A DNA stretch of 64,000 nt from Nitrospirota bacterium (GCA_963840455.1 CAWIYV010000011.1:1-64000), one strand, 5' to 3'; shown: positions 12,226 through 22,580, counted from the first letter of the stretch. A program made the numbers and translations. The notes: a model not told the origin generated them from the sequence alone.

Positions 12226-13209
12226 ATGTCAATCATTCATGTAAAAAATCTCACGAAACGGTTCAAGTCCCTCACCGCAGTCGACAACACCTCCTTCTCC
12301 ATCGACGAAGGCGAGGTCTTCGGGTTCCTCGGCCCCAACGGAGCGGGCAAGACCACGACCATCAACATCCTCTGCACGCTGCTCGCACCGACCAGCGGCA
12401 ATGCGTCCATCGCCGGGTTCGACTGTGTGGCACAGCCCGACCAGGTGCGGTCGTCGATCGGCCTCATCTTTCAGGACACCACCCTCGACACGGGCCTCAC
12501 GGCGTACGAAAATCTGAAGTTCCACGCCTATCTCTACAATCTCGACCGGAAGCTCGCGGAGAAGCGCATCGACGAGATGCTCGAGGTCGTGGAGCTGACC
12601 GCCCGAAAACGCGATCTGATCAAAAATTTCTCGGGAGGCATGAAGCGCAGGCTCGAGATCGCCCGCGGCCTCCTGCACTACCCGCGCGTCCTGTTCCTGG
12701 ACGAACCGACCCTGGGCCTCGACCCCCAGACGCGGAACACGATCTGGGAGTTCATCGGAACCCTCCGGCAGCGTGAGAAGATCACCGTCTTCATGACCAC
12801 CCACTACATGGAAGAGGCCGAGAACTGCGGCCGCATCGCCATCATCGACCATGGGAGGATCATCGCCGAAGGCACGCCGGCAAAGCTCAAGGAACTGGTG
12901 CGGGGAGACATCGTCCGCATATCGACCGATGACGACCCGAAGGCCATCGTTGAGATCAAGAGCACTTTTGATATCAACGCACGGGACGAGAACGGCGGCC
13001 TGTTCCTGGAGACCGAGCGGGGCGAGGAGTTCATCCCAAAGCTGATCCACTCACTTTCGATGAGGACCCGCTCCGTGAGCCTCGAGAAACCGACACTGAA
13101 CGATGTTTTCCTGAAGCTCACCGGCAGGACCATTCGTGACGATGTCCTCAGGGACGACAAGGAAGTCACCCGCGAGTTCGTCCGGAGCCACCGGAGGGCC
13201 CAGCGATGA
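12226..13209 (+). CDS. ABC transporter ATP-binding protein (DrrA-like)
   Basis: GPNGAGKTT, FSGGMKRRLE, LFLDEPT. Confidence 0.93.
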   Translation: MSIIHVKNLTKRFKSLTAVDNTSFSIDEGEVFGFLGPNGAGKTTTINILCTLLAPTSGNASIAGFDCVAQPDQVRSSIGLIFQDTTLDTGLTAYENLKFHAYLYNLDRKLAEKRIDEMLEVVELTARKRDLIKNFSGGMKRRLEIARGLLHYPRVLFLDEPTLGLDPQTRNTIWEFIGTLRQREKITVFMTTHYMEEAENCGRIAIIDHGRIIAEGTPAKLKELVRGDIVRISTDDDPKAIVEIKSTFDINARDENGGLFLETERGEEFIPKLIHSLSMRTRSVSLEKPTLNDVFLKLTGRTIRDDVLRDDKEVTREFVRSHRRAQR

Positions 13210-13973
13210 TCCAGCTCCGGCCCATCTACGTCATCTGCCTCCGGGAGTTCATCAAGTTCTTCCGCGAGAGGAGCCGCCTCCTCGGCACGCTCGCCAGGCC
13301 CGTGCTCTGGCTCTTCGTGGTCGGGAACGGCATGAGCTCGCTCATCAAGCCCCAGGCCGGGTTCTCGTACCTCCAGTTCATCTTTCCGGGGATGATCGGC
13401 ATGACCATCCTGTTCTCGTCCATCTTCTCGTCCATCTCCATCGTCTGGGATCGGGAGTTCGGGTTCATGAAGGAGATGCTTGTTGCGCCCATATCTCGCC
13501 TCTCCATCGTCATCGGGAAGGCCCTCTCGGGAACCTTCATCTCCGTCGCCCAGGCCATCATCATCCTGGTCCTCATCCCCTTCCTCGGCATCCAGATCAC
13601 GGTCATGCAGTTCCTCGAGGTCGTGGCCGTGGCCATCCTCGTCTCGTTCTGCATCACCTCCCTGGGGATCCTGATAGCCGCTCGGCTCACCTCCTTCGAC
13701 GGGTTCAATATCATCATGAACTTCCTGGTCATGCCCATGCTGTTCCTCTCCGGCGCCATGTACCCGGTCACGTCCATGCCTCCCGCGCTCCGGCACCTGA
13801 CGCAGATCAACCCGCTCACCTACGGCATCGACGCCTTCAAGCATATACTGCTCCGGAACGGCACCCCTCCCCTCGGACCGGAGTTCTCCCTTGGTATGGA
13901 CCTCGCCGTCGTGACGGTCATCTCCGTCATCATGCTCACCCTGGCGGCGCTATCGTTCCGGCAGAAGGAATAG
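13206..13973 (+). CDS. ABC-2 type permease (DrrB-like)
   Basis: WDREFGFMKEMLVAP, NPLTYG; overlaps ATPase stop. Confidence 0.92.
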   Translation: MIQLRPIYVICLREFIKFFRERSRLLGTLARPVLWLFVVGNGMSSLIKPQAGFSYLQFIFPGMIGMTILFSSIFSSISIVWDREFGFMKEMLVAPISRLSIVIGKALSGTFISVAQAIIILVLIPFLGIQITVMQFLEVVAVAILVSFCITSLGILIAARLTSFDGFNIIMNFLVMPMLFLSGAMYPVTSMPPALRHLTQINPLTYGIDAFKHILLRNGTPPLGPEFSLGMDLAVVTVISVIMLTLAALSFRQKE

Positions 13974-13974
13974 G

Positions 13975-14493
13975 ATGCCCTTGATCATAGACAACAACAT
14001 CTCATTTCGCACCGCGGGCGAAGCAGACATCCCGGTCATCCAGGACCTTTCCTCGCGCATCTGGCGGGAGCACTACCCCGGCATCATCACCCATGAGCAG
14101 ATCGACTACATGCTCGGCAGGATGTACGCCGCCGACATCATCCGTGACGAGGTCCTGAGCAAGGGATATCGTTATGTCCTGGTCATGAGGGGAAATGAAG
14201 CGGTCGGTTTCATCGCCTATCGCTTCGAGGACCCGGACCGGGCCGTCATGATCAGCAAGCTCTACCTCCTTCCTTCGCTGCACGGAAAAGGCATCGGCCG
14301 CCAAATGCTGCAGCACGTGAAGGACAACGCAGTCCGCCGCAGCGCGAAGCGCATCTATCTTTTTGTGAACAAGAACAACAGCAAGGCCATCGCGGCCTAC
14401 GAGCGGTTCGGGTTCAAGAAGGCCGAGGCCGTGGTCACCGACATCGGTGGCGGGTTCGTGATGGATGATTTTCGGATGGTTCTGGAATTATGA
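13975..14493 (+). CDS. GNAT family N-acetyltransferase
   Basis: KLYLLPSLHGKGIG acetyl-CoA motif, N..AIAAYERFGF. Confidence 0.9.
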   Translation: MPLIIDNNISFRTAGEADIPVIQDLSSRIWREHYPGIITHEQIDYMLGRMYAADIIRDEVLSKGYRYVLVMRGNEAVGFIAYRFEDPDRAVMISKLYLLPSLHGKGIGRQMLQHVKDNAVRRSAKRIYLFVNKNNSKAIAAYERFGFKKAEAVVTDIGGGFVMDDFRMVLEL

Positions 14494-14608
14494 CACGCGA
14501 GGACCTGCGATGGGGAAGTGCACTGTTGCTCTCTATCGAAAGGCGCTGAACAAAAAAGAGCCCTCCGCGCTGTTTGCAGAGGGCTATCCGTCGATTCTCC
14601 AGAAAAAC

Positions 14609-14779
14609 CTAGTTGGACGGCGGTGGCAGGTTTGCCGGCGTCGAGGACGGCGCTGTAGATGACGGCGCCGAAGTCGGGGCCGGCTGCTGTGCCGGTTTTG
14701 AGGCCTCCTGCTGACATCCAGCAATAAAGGACAAAGCAACAAGTCCCCACATTGCAGTTTGGATAACGGTCTTCTTCAT
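14609..14779 (-). CDS. Small Pro/Ser/Thr-rich lipoprotein (56 aa)
   Basis: MKKT...FIAG-C lipobox, GGAGGT RBS, downstream hairpin plus T tract at ~14552-14585. Confidence 0.7.
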   Translation of the reverse strand: MKKTVIQTAMWGLVALSFIAGCQQEASKPAQQPAPTSAPSSTAPSSTPANLPPPSN

Positions 14780-15024
14780 CCCTTTCCCACCTCCCTTCTT
14801 CCTGCTATGATCGGTCTCAGCGCCTATACCACGAGCTGATAGATGATAATGTACCGGCATAACTTCCCCTTACTCTTAGCATACCTCGAAACAGGGGCTC
14901 GCAGGCTGATCCGGACATGAAAAATGCATAAGAATTCCCTTGAGTTTTCCCGTATAAAATACTATTATGGGTTTTCTTATCAGCAAAACACTACAATTAT
15001 CTTAAGTAATCAGGGAGATAGAGG

Positions 15025-16056
15025 ATGTCGAGAGCTGACAGGTTTGTAAAGGCATGCAGGCGCGAGCCTGTTGACTGCACGCCCGTGTGGATGATGCGCC
15101 AGGCAGGCCGGTATCTGCCCGAGTACCGGGAGATCCGCGCCAAGCACACGTTCCTCGAGATGTGCAAGACACCGGAGGTCGCGGCCGAGGTGACGATCCA
15201 GCCGGTGCGGCGTTACGAGATCGATGCGGCAATCATCTTCGCCGACATCCTGCTCCCGCTCGAACCCATGGGCATCGGCCTCGAGTTCGCCAAGGGAGAG
15301 GGACCGGTCATCCACAACCCCGTTCGCTCCCTCGCAGACGTGAAGAAGCTCAAACCCATCGACGCGGCAACGCAGATCGACTACCTCATGAAGGCCCTCA
15401 AGATCGTCCTGAAGGAGCTCGATGGCAAGGTGCCGCTCATCGGCTTCTCCGGCGCGCCCTTCACCCTGGCCTCGTACATGATCGAGGGCGGAGGATCGCG
15501 GAACTACGAGCATGCCAAGGCCATGATGTTCGCGGAGCCCCAGGCCTGGCACAAGCTTATGGAGCACCTGACCGGCGTCATCATCAACTACCTGAACGCC
15601 CAGATCGATGTTGGCGTGCAGGTGGTGCAGCTCTTCGACTCCTGGGTGGGGGCCCTCGGGCCGAGCGATTACCGCGAGTTCGTGCTGCCGCACCAGAAGA
15701 ACGTGATCGCGGGCATCAAGAAGACCGTCCCGCTCATCCACTTCGCCCACGGTGCGACCCACCTCCTCGAGATGGTGGCCGAGTCCGGCGGCGACGTTAT
15801 CGGCCTCGACTGGCGGTGCGACCTCGACGCGGCCTGGAAGCGCGTGGGGTACAACAAGGCCGTGCAGGGAAACCTCGACCCGGTCTCGCTTTTCGGGTCC
15901 AAAGAGTTCATCCGGAAGCGCACGAAGGAGATCCTCGACAAGGCCGGCGGCCGCAACGGCCACATCATGAACCTGGGTCACGGCATCCTGCAGCAGACAC
16001 CCCTGGAGAACGCCGCGGAGTTCATCAACGCCACGCATGAAATGAGCAAGAGGTAA
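15025..16056 (+). CDS. hemE: Uroporphyrinogen decarboxylase
   Basis: PVWMMRQAGRYLPEY, IFADIL, GFSGAPFTLASY, QGNLDP, NLGHG. Confidence 0.97.
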   Translation: MSRADRFVKACRREPVDCTPVWMMRQAGRYLPEYREIRAKHTFLEMCKTPEVAAEVTIQPVRRYEIDAAIIFADILLPLEPMGIGLEFAKGEGPVIHNPVRSLADVKKLKPIDAATQIDYLMKALKIVLKELDGKVPLIGFSGAPFTLASYMIEGGGSRNYEHAKAMMFAEPQAWHKLMEHLTGVIINYLNAQIDVGVQVVQLFDSWVGALGPSDYREFVLPHQKNVIAGIKKTVPLIHFAHGATHLLEMVAESGGDVIGLDWRCDLDAAWKRVGYNKAVQGNLDPVSLFGSKEFIRKRTKEILDKAGGRNGHIMNLGHGILQQTPLENAAEFINATHEMSKR

Positions 16057-16134
16057 CAGCGGGGTCCAGGGTCCAGTAGCCAGGATCACGGTTTATTCCT
16101 TCCCTGCCCCCTGCCCCCTGTGCCCTTGACCTTT

Positions 16135-17034
16135 ATGAACCATGCTGCAGTCATACTTATCGCTCTCGGCGGGCCGCGCAGCCTCGACGAGGTCGGCCCG
16201 TTCATGGAAGCCTTCATGGGAAGGCCAGCTCCGCCGCCCGTTGTTGCCGCGGTGAAAGAGCGGTACCAGCTCATCGGAGGCAGGTCGCCGCTCCCGGACC
16301 TGGTGAAGGCCCAGGCCAAAGCGCTCGGGAAAGAGCTTGGCCCCGGCTTCCGGGTATATGAAGGATTCCGGTATTCCGTGCCGACGGTGGCCGAGTCTTT
16401 TGACCGGGCGATGCATGACGGTGCACGCCGCGTGATCGCCCTCTCGATGTCACCTTTTTCGACGGAGGTCACGACGGGCGCATACAAGAGCGCCTGCGAC
16501 GCATTGGGGAGCGGCGAGACCTGCCCGCTCTTCATCCCGAGCTGGCATGACAATTCCCTGTTCATCGAGGCCTGGCAGGAGCGGATCTTCCACGGGCTGA
16601 AGCGTTACCGCGAGACCCTGCGGCGGCATGCTTCCATCATTTTCACCAGCCACAGCATCCCGCTCCGTTACATCCAGGCGGGCGATCCCTACCGGAAGCA
16701 GATCGAGGAGACCGCCAACGCTATCGCCCGGCGCATGGCTCTGTCACGCTGGTACCTCGCCTGGCAGAGCAAAGGAGCGCGGGCGACGGAGCCCTGGCTT
16801 GAGCCCGAAGTGGAGACGGTCCTCGACATGATCGCTGCGGAGAAGAAGGGCGAGTTCGTGCTCGAGGTCCCCCTCGGCTTCACATGCGATCACCTGGAGA
16901 CGCTATACGACATCGACATCGTTCACCGCAGGCACGCTGAGGGTCTGGGGCTCACCTTTGAGCGGGCGGAATCGCTGAACACGTCGCCGATCTTCATCAA
17001 GGCGCTGGCGGACATCGTGAGGAAAGCGGCTTGA
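16135..17034 (+). CDS. hemH: Ferrochelatase (likely coproporphyrin ferrochelatase)
   Basis: GGRSPL, FTSHSIP, GDPY, WQS, WLEP, GFTCDHLETLYDID. Confidence 0.92.
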   Translation: MNHAAVILIALGGPRSLDEVGPFMEAFMGRPAPPPVVAAVKERYQLIGGRSPLPDLVKAQAKALGKELGPGFRVYEGFRYSVPTVAESFDRAMHDGARRVIALSMSPFSTEVTTGAYKSACDALGSGETCPLFIPSWHDNSLFIEAWQERIFHGLKRYRETLRRHASIIFTSHSIPLRYIQAGDPYRKQIEETANAIARRMALSRWYLAWQSKGARATEPWLEPEVETVLDMIAAEKKGEFVLEVPLGFTCDHLETLYDIDIVHRRHAEGLGLTFERAESLNTSPIFIKALADIVRKAA

Positions 17035-17085
17035 CAGAGCTTGTCAGCTTGAAGGCTGGCATGCTAGCAAGCTTGAGGAGAGACC

Positions 17086-18384
17086 ATGCGTAATAATATC
17101 GTATCACTGGGCGCCGACGAGCTGAAGTACGAGATCAGGGAGATCGTCGCCGTTGCCAAGGAATTCCAGCAACTGGGCATCGACATCACCTGGGAGAACA
17201 TCGGCGACCCGGTCCAGAAGGGCGAAAAACTTCCCGGTTGGATCAAGGACCTCATCATGAGCGCGATGAAGGAGGACCTGACCTACGGCTACTCACCCAC
17301 GAAGGGCCTCGACGCCACGCGGGAGTTCCTCGCCCAGAAGGCGAACAAGAACGGCGGCGTCAAGATCACAAAAGAGGACGTCATCTTCTTCAACGGCCTG
17401 GGCGACGCCATCAGTAAGATCTACGGCCAGCTCCGCAAGGAGTACCGTGTCATCGGACCGAGCCCGGCCTACAGCACCCACTCCTCCGCCGAGGCGTCGC
17501 ACGCGGGGTCGGAATACATCTCCTACAACCTCGACCCGGTGAACCTCTGGTACCCCGACGTCAAGGACCTCAGGATGAAGGTGAAGTACAACCCTTCCAT
17601 CTCCGGCATCCTGCTCATCAACCCGGACAACCCTACGGGCGCCGTCTATCCGAAAGAGGTCCTGCAGGAGATCGTTGCCATCGCCAAAGAGTACGACCTC
17701 TTCATCGTCTGCGACGAGATCTACATCAACATCACGTACAACGGCAAGAGGTCCGTACCGCTCGCGGACGTCATCAACGGCGTCTGCGGCATCTCCATGA
17801 AAGGCATCTCCAAGGAGCTTCCCTGGCCCGGGGCACGGTGCGGATGGATCGAGGTATACAACGCCGACAGGGACCCTGTCTTTGCCAAGTACATCAAGAG
17901 CATCGTGGACGACAAGATGCTCGAGGTCTGCTCCACCACGCTCCCGCAGTGGGTCATCCCGTCGATCATGGGCGACAGCCGGTATGCGGGGCATATTGCG
18001 AACAGGAGTGCCATGTACCAGAAGCGGTCCCGCATCGCCTATGACCTCCTGAAAGACGTCAAGGGCATCCTGGTGAACCAGACGAACGGCGCCTTCTACC
18101 TCACCGTGATGTTCCGCGAGAACGCGCTGACGCCAAACCAGAAACTCGGCATTTCCAACGCGAGGGCAAAGGAGAAGGTCGAGCGCATCGTGAAGAACGT
18201 CGCCCTCGACAAGCGCTTCGTGTACTACCTCCTCGCGGCGACCGGCATCTGCGTGGTCCCGCTCACCGGGTTCAACTGCGATCTCCCGGGTTTCCGCGTC
18301 ACCCTGCTCGAATCGGACGACGCGAAGTTCGAATGGATCTTTAAAACCCTGAAGGAAAAGATCACGGAGTACCTGAACGGCTGA
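17086..18384 (+). CDS. PLP-dependent aminotransferase class I/II
   Basis: NIGDP, LINPDNPTG, CDEIY, GISKELPWPGARCGW. Confidence 0.9.
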   Translation: MRNNIVSLGADELKYEIREIVAVAKEFQQLGIDITWENIGDPVQKGEKLPGWIKDLIMSAMKEDLTYGYSPTKGLDATREFLAQKANKNGGVKITKEDVIFFNGLGDAISKIYGQLRKEYRVIGPSPAYSTHSSAEASHAGSEYISYNLDPVNLWYPDVKDLRMKVKYNPSISGILLINPDNPTGAVYPKEVLQEIVAIAKEYDLFIVCDEIYINITYNGKRSVPLADVINGVCGISMKGISKELPWPGARCGWIEVYNADRDPVFAKYIKSIVDDKMLEVCSTTLPQWVIPSIMGDSRYAGHIANRSAMYQKRSRIAYDLLKDVKGILVNQTNGAFYLTVMFRENALTPNQKLGISNARAKEKVERIVKNVALDKRFVYYLLAATGICVVPLTGFNCDLPGFRVTLLESDDAKFEWIFKTLKEKITEYLNG

Positions 18385-18518
18385 CACGCAAGCAAAAAGA
18401 CCTTACCACGAATGACACGAATGGGACGAATTGCTCGAATAGAAACAAGCGCCATGAAGTGGATCATGACGATCGTATAATTCATGAAATTCATGTTACC
18501 GCTTCTTGAGGTTATTCT

Positions 18519-19943
18519 ATGTCCAGAGTCATCATAATCGGCGGCGGTATCGCGGGCCTCGCGGCTGCAGTCCATCTCAAGGCAGGGGCCAAGGCCCACG
18601 GCAAGGCCGTGGACGTTCTGCTGCTCGAGCGGAACCAGCGCATTGGCGGAAAGATCCTGACGGAGAAGATCGGCGACTGTCTCGTCGAGGCGGGACCGGA
18701 CAGCTTCCTGCCCGAGAAGGTCTGGACCGTGAACCTGGCGAAGTACGTGGGCCTCGAGGCCGAGATGCTTCCGTCCAACGATAAGTTCAAGGGCACCTTC
18801 ATCTATTCCGGCAAACAGCTTCACTCTCTCCCCGAAGGTGTCATGCTCATGGTGCCGACCTCCTTCTGGCCCATGGCAAAGTCCAATCTTATTTCCTGGC
18901 CCGGCAAGCTCCGCATGGGCATGGAGGTCTTCGTCCCCAGGAGAAGGTCGCGGGACGACGAAAGCCTCGGCTCTTTCGTGACCCGCAGGCTCGGCGCGGA
19001 GTGCCTGAACAAGATCGCCGAGCCCCTCGTGGCCGGCATCCATACCTCCAATCCCGACAACATGAGCGTCCTGGCCACCTTCCCTCGATTCGTCCAGATG
19101 GAGCAGAAGAGCGGCAGCCTCATCCGCGGCATGCTGGCGTCGCTCAAGAGCCGGCCCCACGCGACCCTGAGCGGCCCGCCGCCCAAACCGGGGACGCCGC
19201 GCATGACCTACTTCATGAGCTTCAAGGCCGGCATGGAAACGCTCCCCAAAGCCTGCGCGGATTATATCGGCAAGGACTCCATCCGTCTCGGTGCGACTGT
19301 CACGGCGGTTGAGCCCCGGGGCAATGGCTACGCGGTCATCCTCGAGAATGGCGAGGCGCTCGAGTCAGACCACGTGATGCTCGGCGCCTCGGCCTATGAT
19401 TCCGCCGAGATGGTAAAGGGATTCGACGCAAACCTCGCCGGGCACATGGGCGCCATCCAGTGGTCATCATCGGGAACGGTGACGCTCGCCTTCAAGCGCG
19501 CGGACGTGAAAGTGCCGCTTCGCGGCTTCGGGTTCATCGTGCCAAAGGCTGAGGACCGCAGGATCAATGCCACGACCTACAGCTCCATCAAGTGGTCCTA
19601 TCGCGCGCCCGACGGCACCATCCTGCTTCGCGCCTTCGTGGGCGGCGGCCACCACGAGGAGCTCGTGCATGATCTGGATGACGCGGCCCTGACCCGGACG
19701 GTGTTGGAGGAAATGGATACCATCCTGGGGCTCAAGGCGAACCCCGCATTCTCCAAGGTCTACCGCTGGCTCAAGGGCATGCCCAAGTTCACCGTGGGAC
19801 ACCTGGACCGCATGGCCCTCCTCGACCGCATGGTCAGTCTGCACCCGGGCCTCCACCTCATCGGCTGCTCCTATAAAGGCATCGGCATCGGAGACTGCGT
19901 GCACGAGGCCCAGATCGCGGCTGAGAAGATCCTCAAGTCGTAG
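18519..19943 (+). CDS. hemY: Protoporphyrinogen/coproporphyrinogen oxidase (HemY family)
   Basis: IIGGGIAGL FAD motif, EAGPDSF, GIGIGDCV; in heme operon. Confidence 0.92.
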   Translation: MSRVIIIGGGIAGLAAAVHLKAGAKAHGKAVDVLLLERNQRIGGKILTEKIGDCLVEAGPDSFLPEKVWTVNLAKYVGLEAEMLPSNDKFKGTFIYSGKQLHSLPEGVMLMVPTSFWPMAKSNLISWPGKLRMGMEVFVPRRRSRDDESLGSFVTRRLGAECLNKIAEPLVAGIHTSNPDNMSVLATFPRFVQMEQKSGSLIRGMLASLKSRPHATLSGPPPKPGTPRMTYFMSFKAGMETLPKACADYIGKDSIRLGATVTAVEPRGNGYAVILENGEALESDHVMLGASAYDSAEMVKGFDANLAGHMGAIQWSSSGTVTLAFKRADVKVPLRGFGFIVPKAEDRRINATTYSSIKWSYRAPDGTILLRAFVGGGHHEELVHDLDDAALTRTVLEEMDTILGLKANPAFSKVYRWLKGMPKFTVGHLDRMALLDRMVSLHPGLHLIGCSYKGIGIGDCVHEAQIAAEKILKS

Positions 19944-20193
19944 CTTTGCTCCGTCCGATCATCTGATGCTCCTGCCCGCTATATTTCTCAGAACTTTACC
20001 CCTCCTTCTACCCATACCGACAGGACATCTCCGCCATAAAAAAGAAAAGGCTAGTTTATGAGTTATTCATTTTATGATATAGTTTTGTCGTGCAGATAAC
20101 TTTCTGTACTTCGCACGTGCGCGCACCGCAAAACGGGTTCGCAGTGTTCCAAATACGACAACAAGAATTGCCATTTTCTATAGGGGGACCAGG

Positions 20194-20802
20194 ATGAGGC
20201 CTAAATTGTATGTGATTTTAGCAGGCATGATGGTGGCCGTCATGGTAGTTGCCGCCTGCATGCCAGCCGCCACACCCGCCTCCACCAAAGTGCTGGTTGA
20301 ACGCACCACGATTCCAGCCTCAGAAGTTCCTCTACCAGCAGCCCCCACCGTTGAAACGCTGCCTATAGCTAGCTACAAAGATGCGATATATCAGATTGAC
20401 GGCAAATCAATTGCCTTGGTCAATGGTTTATCCGAAGCGGAAGCAGCGCCCGGCTCGGCTTCAAGAATTATTACTCGCTATTTTGGTAACGATGCCATTG
20501 GAGATCTAAACGGAGACGGTAAGAAAGATGTCGCTTTCCTCTTGACGCAAGATACTGGAGGAAGTGGAACATTCTACTATGTTGTAGTGGCTTTGCGCGC
20601 TGCTGCAGGCTATCAGGGAACAAACGCGGTTTTGTTGGGCGATAGAATTGCGCCTCAAACGACGAGTATTGAAAATGGCATGGTTGTTGTGAATTATGCA
20701 GAGAGAAAGCCGGATGAGTCATTCGCAATTGAACCCTCAGTTGGTATTTCGAAATATCTTGCGGTAATAGACAGCAAACTAGTAGAAGTAAATACTCAGT
20801 AG
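20194..20802 (+). CDS. Hypothetical lipoprotein, lower GC and different codon usage
   Basis: Lipobox VAAC, GDLNGDG Ca-binding-like loop, GGSGTFYY; many A/T-ending codons. Confidence 0.8.
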   Translation: MRPKLYVILAGMMVAVMVVAACMPAATPASTKVLVERTTIPASEVPLPAAPTVETLPIASYKDAIYQIDGKSIALVNGLSEAEAAPGSASRIITRYFGNDAIGDLNGDGKKDVAFLLTQDTGGSGTFYYVVVALRAAAGYQGTNAVLLGDRIAPQTTSIENGMVVVNYAERKPDESFAIEPSVGISKYLAVIDSKLVEVNTQ

Positions 20803-20891
20803 ACCAAAATTAGCTTTCCGCTTCTCTTTAAGGCGGGATGCAAAATCGAGCGTGGTTGCAGTGGGCGGTTTGTCGTGTAAGTCAAGGCGGT

Positions 20892-20961
20892 GCCTAGCGC
20901 CCGCTTCCACCCGACTCGTCTCCGCTGCGCTTCGGCGAGCGGGTGAAGCGGAACGTTCAAG
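20892..20961 (+). mobile_element. Degenerate integron attC-like site
   Basis: GCCTAGC (R''-like) ... TTCCACCCGAC ... GCGGGTGAAGCG ... GTTCAAG (R'-like); imperfect 70-bp palindrome. Confidence 0.6.
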
Positions 20962-21147
20962 TGTAAGTTTCAACCGGCATTCTGCACCTGCTGTATATCG
21001 GGCGCCATTGCACACTTGTAGATGAAGTTCGCATTCTCGAAATCCTTGTTCGCTGAAGAACGACGACAGGAAGTCTCGGTGCTAGCTCTAAACGGCGCGA
21101 CTGGATGCGCCATTCGTAAATAATACTCTGTGAGGAAGGTCACGTCT

Positions 21148-21537
21148 ATGAACACCATCGAGGTCAAGATCTACTACGAGGACACGGACTGCGGCAACGT
21201 GGTCTACTACGCCAACTACCTCAAGTACATGGAGCGGGGCCGCACCGAGTTCCTGGCGGACCACGGATTCAAGGTCAGCGAGCTGGCGGCTCAGGGCACG
21301 GTCTTCGTCGTGGCGCGCGTCGAGATCGACTACCGCTCCTCGGCCCGCCTGGGCGAGACCATCGTGGTCAAGACCTGGATCTCCGAGATGACCCGCACGT
21401 CGCTCCTCTTCAGCCACACCATGACCGACAAGGCATCGGGCAGGCTCATCGCCGAGGCCCAGGCCCGCCTCGTCTGCGTCGATCCCAACGGCAAGATCAA
21501 ACGCATCCCCCAGGAATTGCAGGAGCGGACAGGGTAA
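21148..21537 (+). CDS. YbgC/FadM family acyl-CoA thioesterase
   Basis: YYEDTDCGNVVYYANYLKYMERGR hotdog motif. Confidence 0.92.
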   Translation: MNTIEVKIYYEDTDCGNVVYYANYLKYMERGRTEFLADHGFKVSELAAQGTVFVVARVEIDYRSSARLGETIVVKTWISEMTRTSLLFSHTMTDKASGRLIAEAQARLVCVDPNGKIKRIPQELQERTG

Positions 21538-21571
21538 AGAACAGCCAATTGGACACGGATACCGCCAACGC

Positions 21572-21643
21572 CGTCATTCCCACGTAGGCGGGAATCCAGC
21601 GTATTCCATTCACTCCTGGATCCCCGTTTGCACGGGGATGACG
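21572..21643. repeat. REP doublet (GTCATTCCC..GGGAATCCAG / CTGGATCCCC..GGGGATGAC)
   Basis: Two inverted palindromic units typical of REP/dRS3-like repeats. Confidence 0.8.
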
Positions 21644-21717
21644 ATTCACATCGAGAAAACTGATCTTTTTTGAATCCGCGTCGTTTAGAAGGGCCTACTT
21701 TTGGTCATCCGCATCCC

Positions 21718-22467
21718 ATGAAAGCTGCTGACCAGACCACTCACGACACCATCAGCATGCGGGGCGCAGGCGTCATCAAGATAACCCAGCCCGTCACCGG
21801 TCACCGGTTTACGCTCGACAGCATCCTGCTTGCCGATTTCTGCCGCATCAAACCGAAAGACCGCGTCTTGGAACCCGGCGCCGGGACCGGCGTCATCTCC
21901 CTCCTCCTCGCGAAGAAGCATCCCCGCGCCTCGTTCACTGCCATCGAGATTCAATCGTCACTCGCGGACCTCCTCGAACAGAACATCTCCGCGAATTCCC
22001 TTGATGGCAGGATCATCGTGCTTGCCCAGGACCTCCAGAGGCTGAAGAAAACGCTCGCTCCGGGTTCACAGAGCGTCATTGTCGCCAATCCGCCGTATAC
22101 AAAGGAAGGCACCGGCAGGACTTCACCCCACGCGGCCCGGCACATCGCACGGCATGACCGTACAGCTTCCCTCGAAGCGTGGCTCGACCTTCAGATTCTT
22201 CTCAGGAACAAGGGCAGGTACTGCATGGTCTTCTCCGCGGCGAGGATGGCAGAGCTTATTGCTGCCTTGAAAAAACGGGCTTTGGAGCCCAAGCGGCTCC
22301 GGCTGGCCCATCCGTATCAGGACAAGCCTGCCTCCTTGCTCCTCGTCGAGGCGGTCAAGAACGGCGGGGCAGGCCTCGAGGTCCTGCCGCCGCTTTTTGT
22401 TCACAACTCAGGTGGTGGCTACACAGACGAGTTGAAACAGATATACGGTTTAATTCCCTTCTCATGA
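21718..22467 (+). CDS. tRNA1(Val) A37 N6-methyltransferase-like SAM methyltransferase
   Basis: DSILLADF, EPGAGTG, VANPPY, ARH, LEPKRLR. Confidence 0.85.
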   Translation: MKAADQTTHDTISMRGAGVIKITQPVTGHRFTLDSILLADFCRIKPKDRVLEPGAGTGVISLLLAKKHPRASFTAIEIQSSLADLLEQNISANSLDGRIIVLAQDLQRLKKTLAPGSQSVIVANPPYTKEGTGRTSPHAARHIARHDRTASLEAWLDLQILLRNKGRYCMVFSAARMAELIAALKKRALEPKRLRLAHPYQDKPASLLLVEAVKNGGAGLEVLPPLFVHNSGGGYTDELKQIYGLIPFS

Positions 22468-22552
22468 ACGCCATACCGGTTTTATTAACCATAAACCTCG
22501 CATGTACTGCATCTTTTTGCGACCCTCTGACCACCTACCTCACCTGGTTGCC

Positions 22553-22580
22553 TTGACAATCCCCTTTAGCGCGCTATAGT
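22553..22580 (+). promoter_or_regulatory. sigma70 promoter
   Basis: TTGACA-16-TATAGT. Confidence 0.55.

Noticed and set aside
21080-21095. Minus-strand GTTTAGAGCTAG resembling a Cas9 repeat/sgRNA start
   Set aside because: Single short match with no array or tracr structure; expected by chance.
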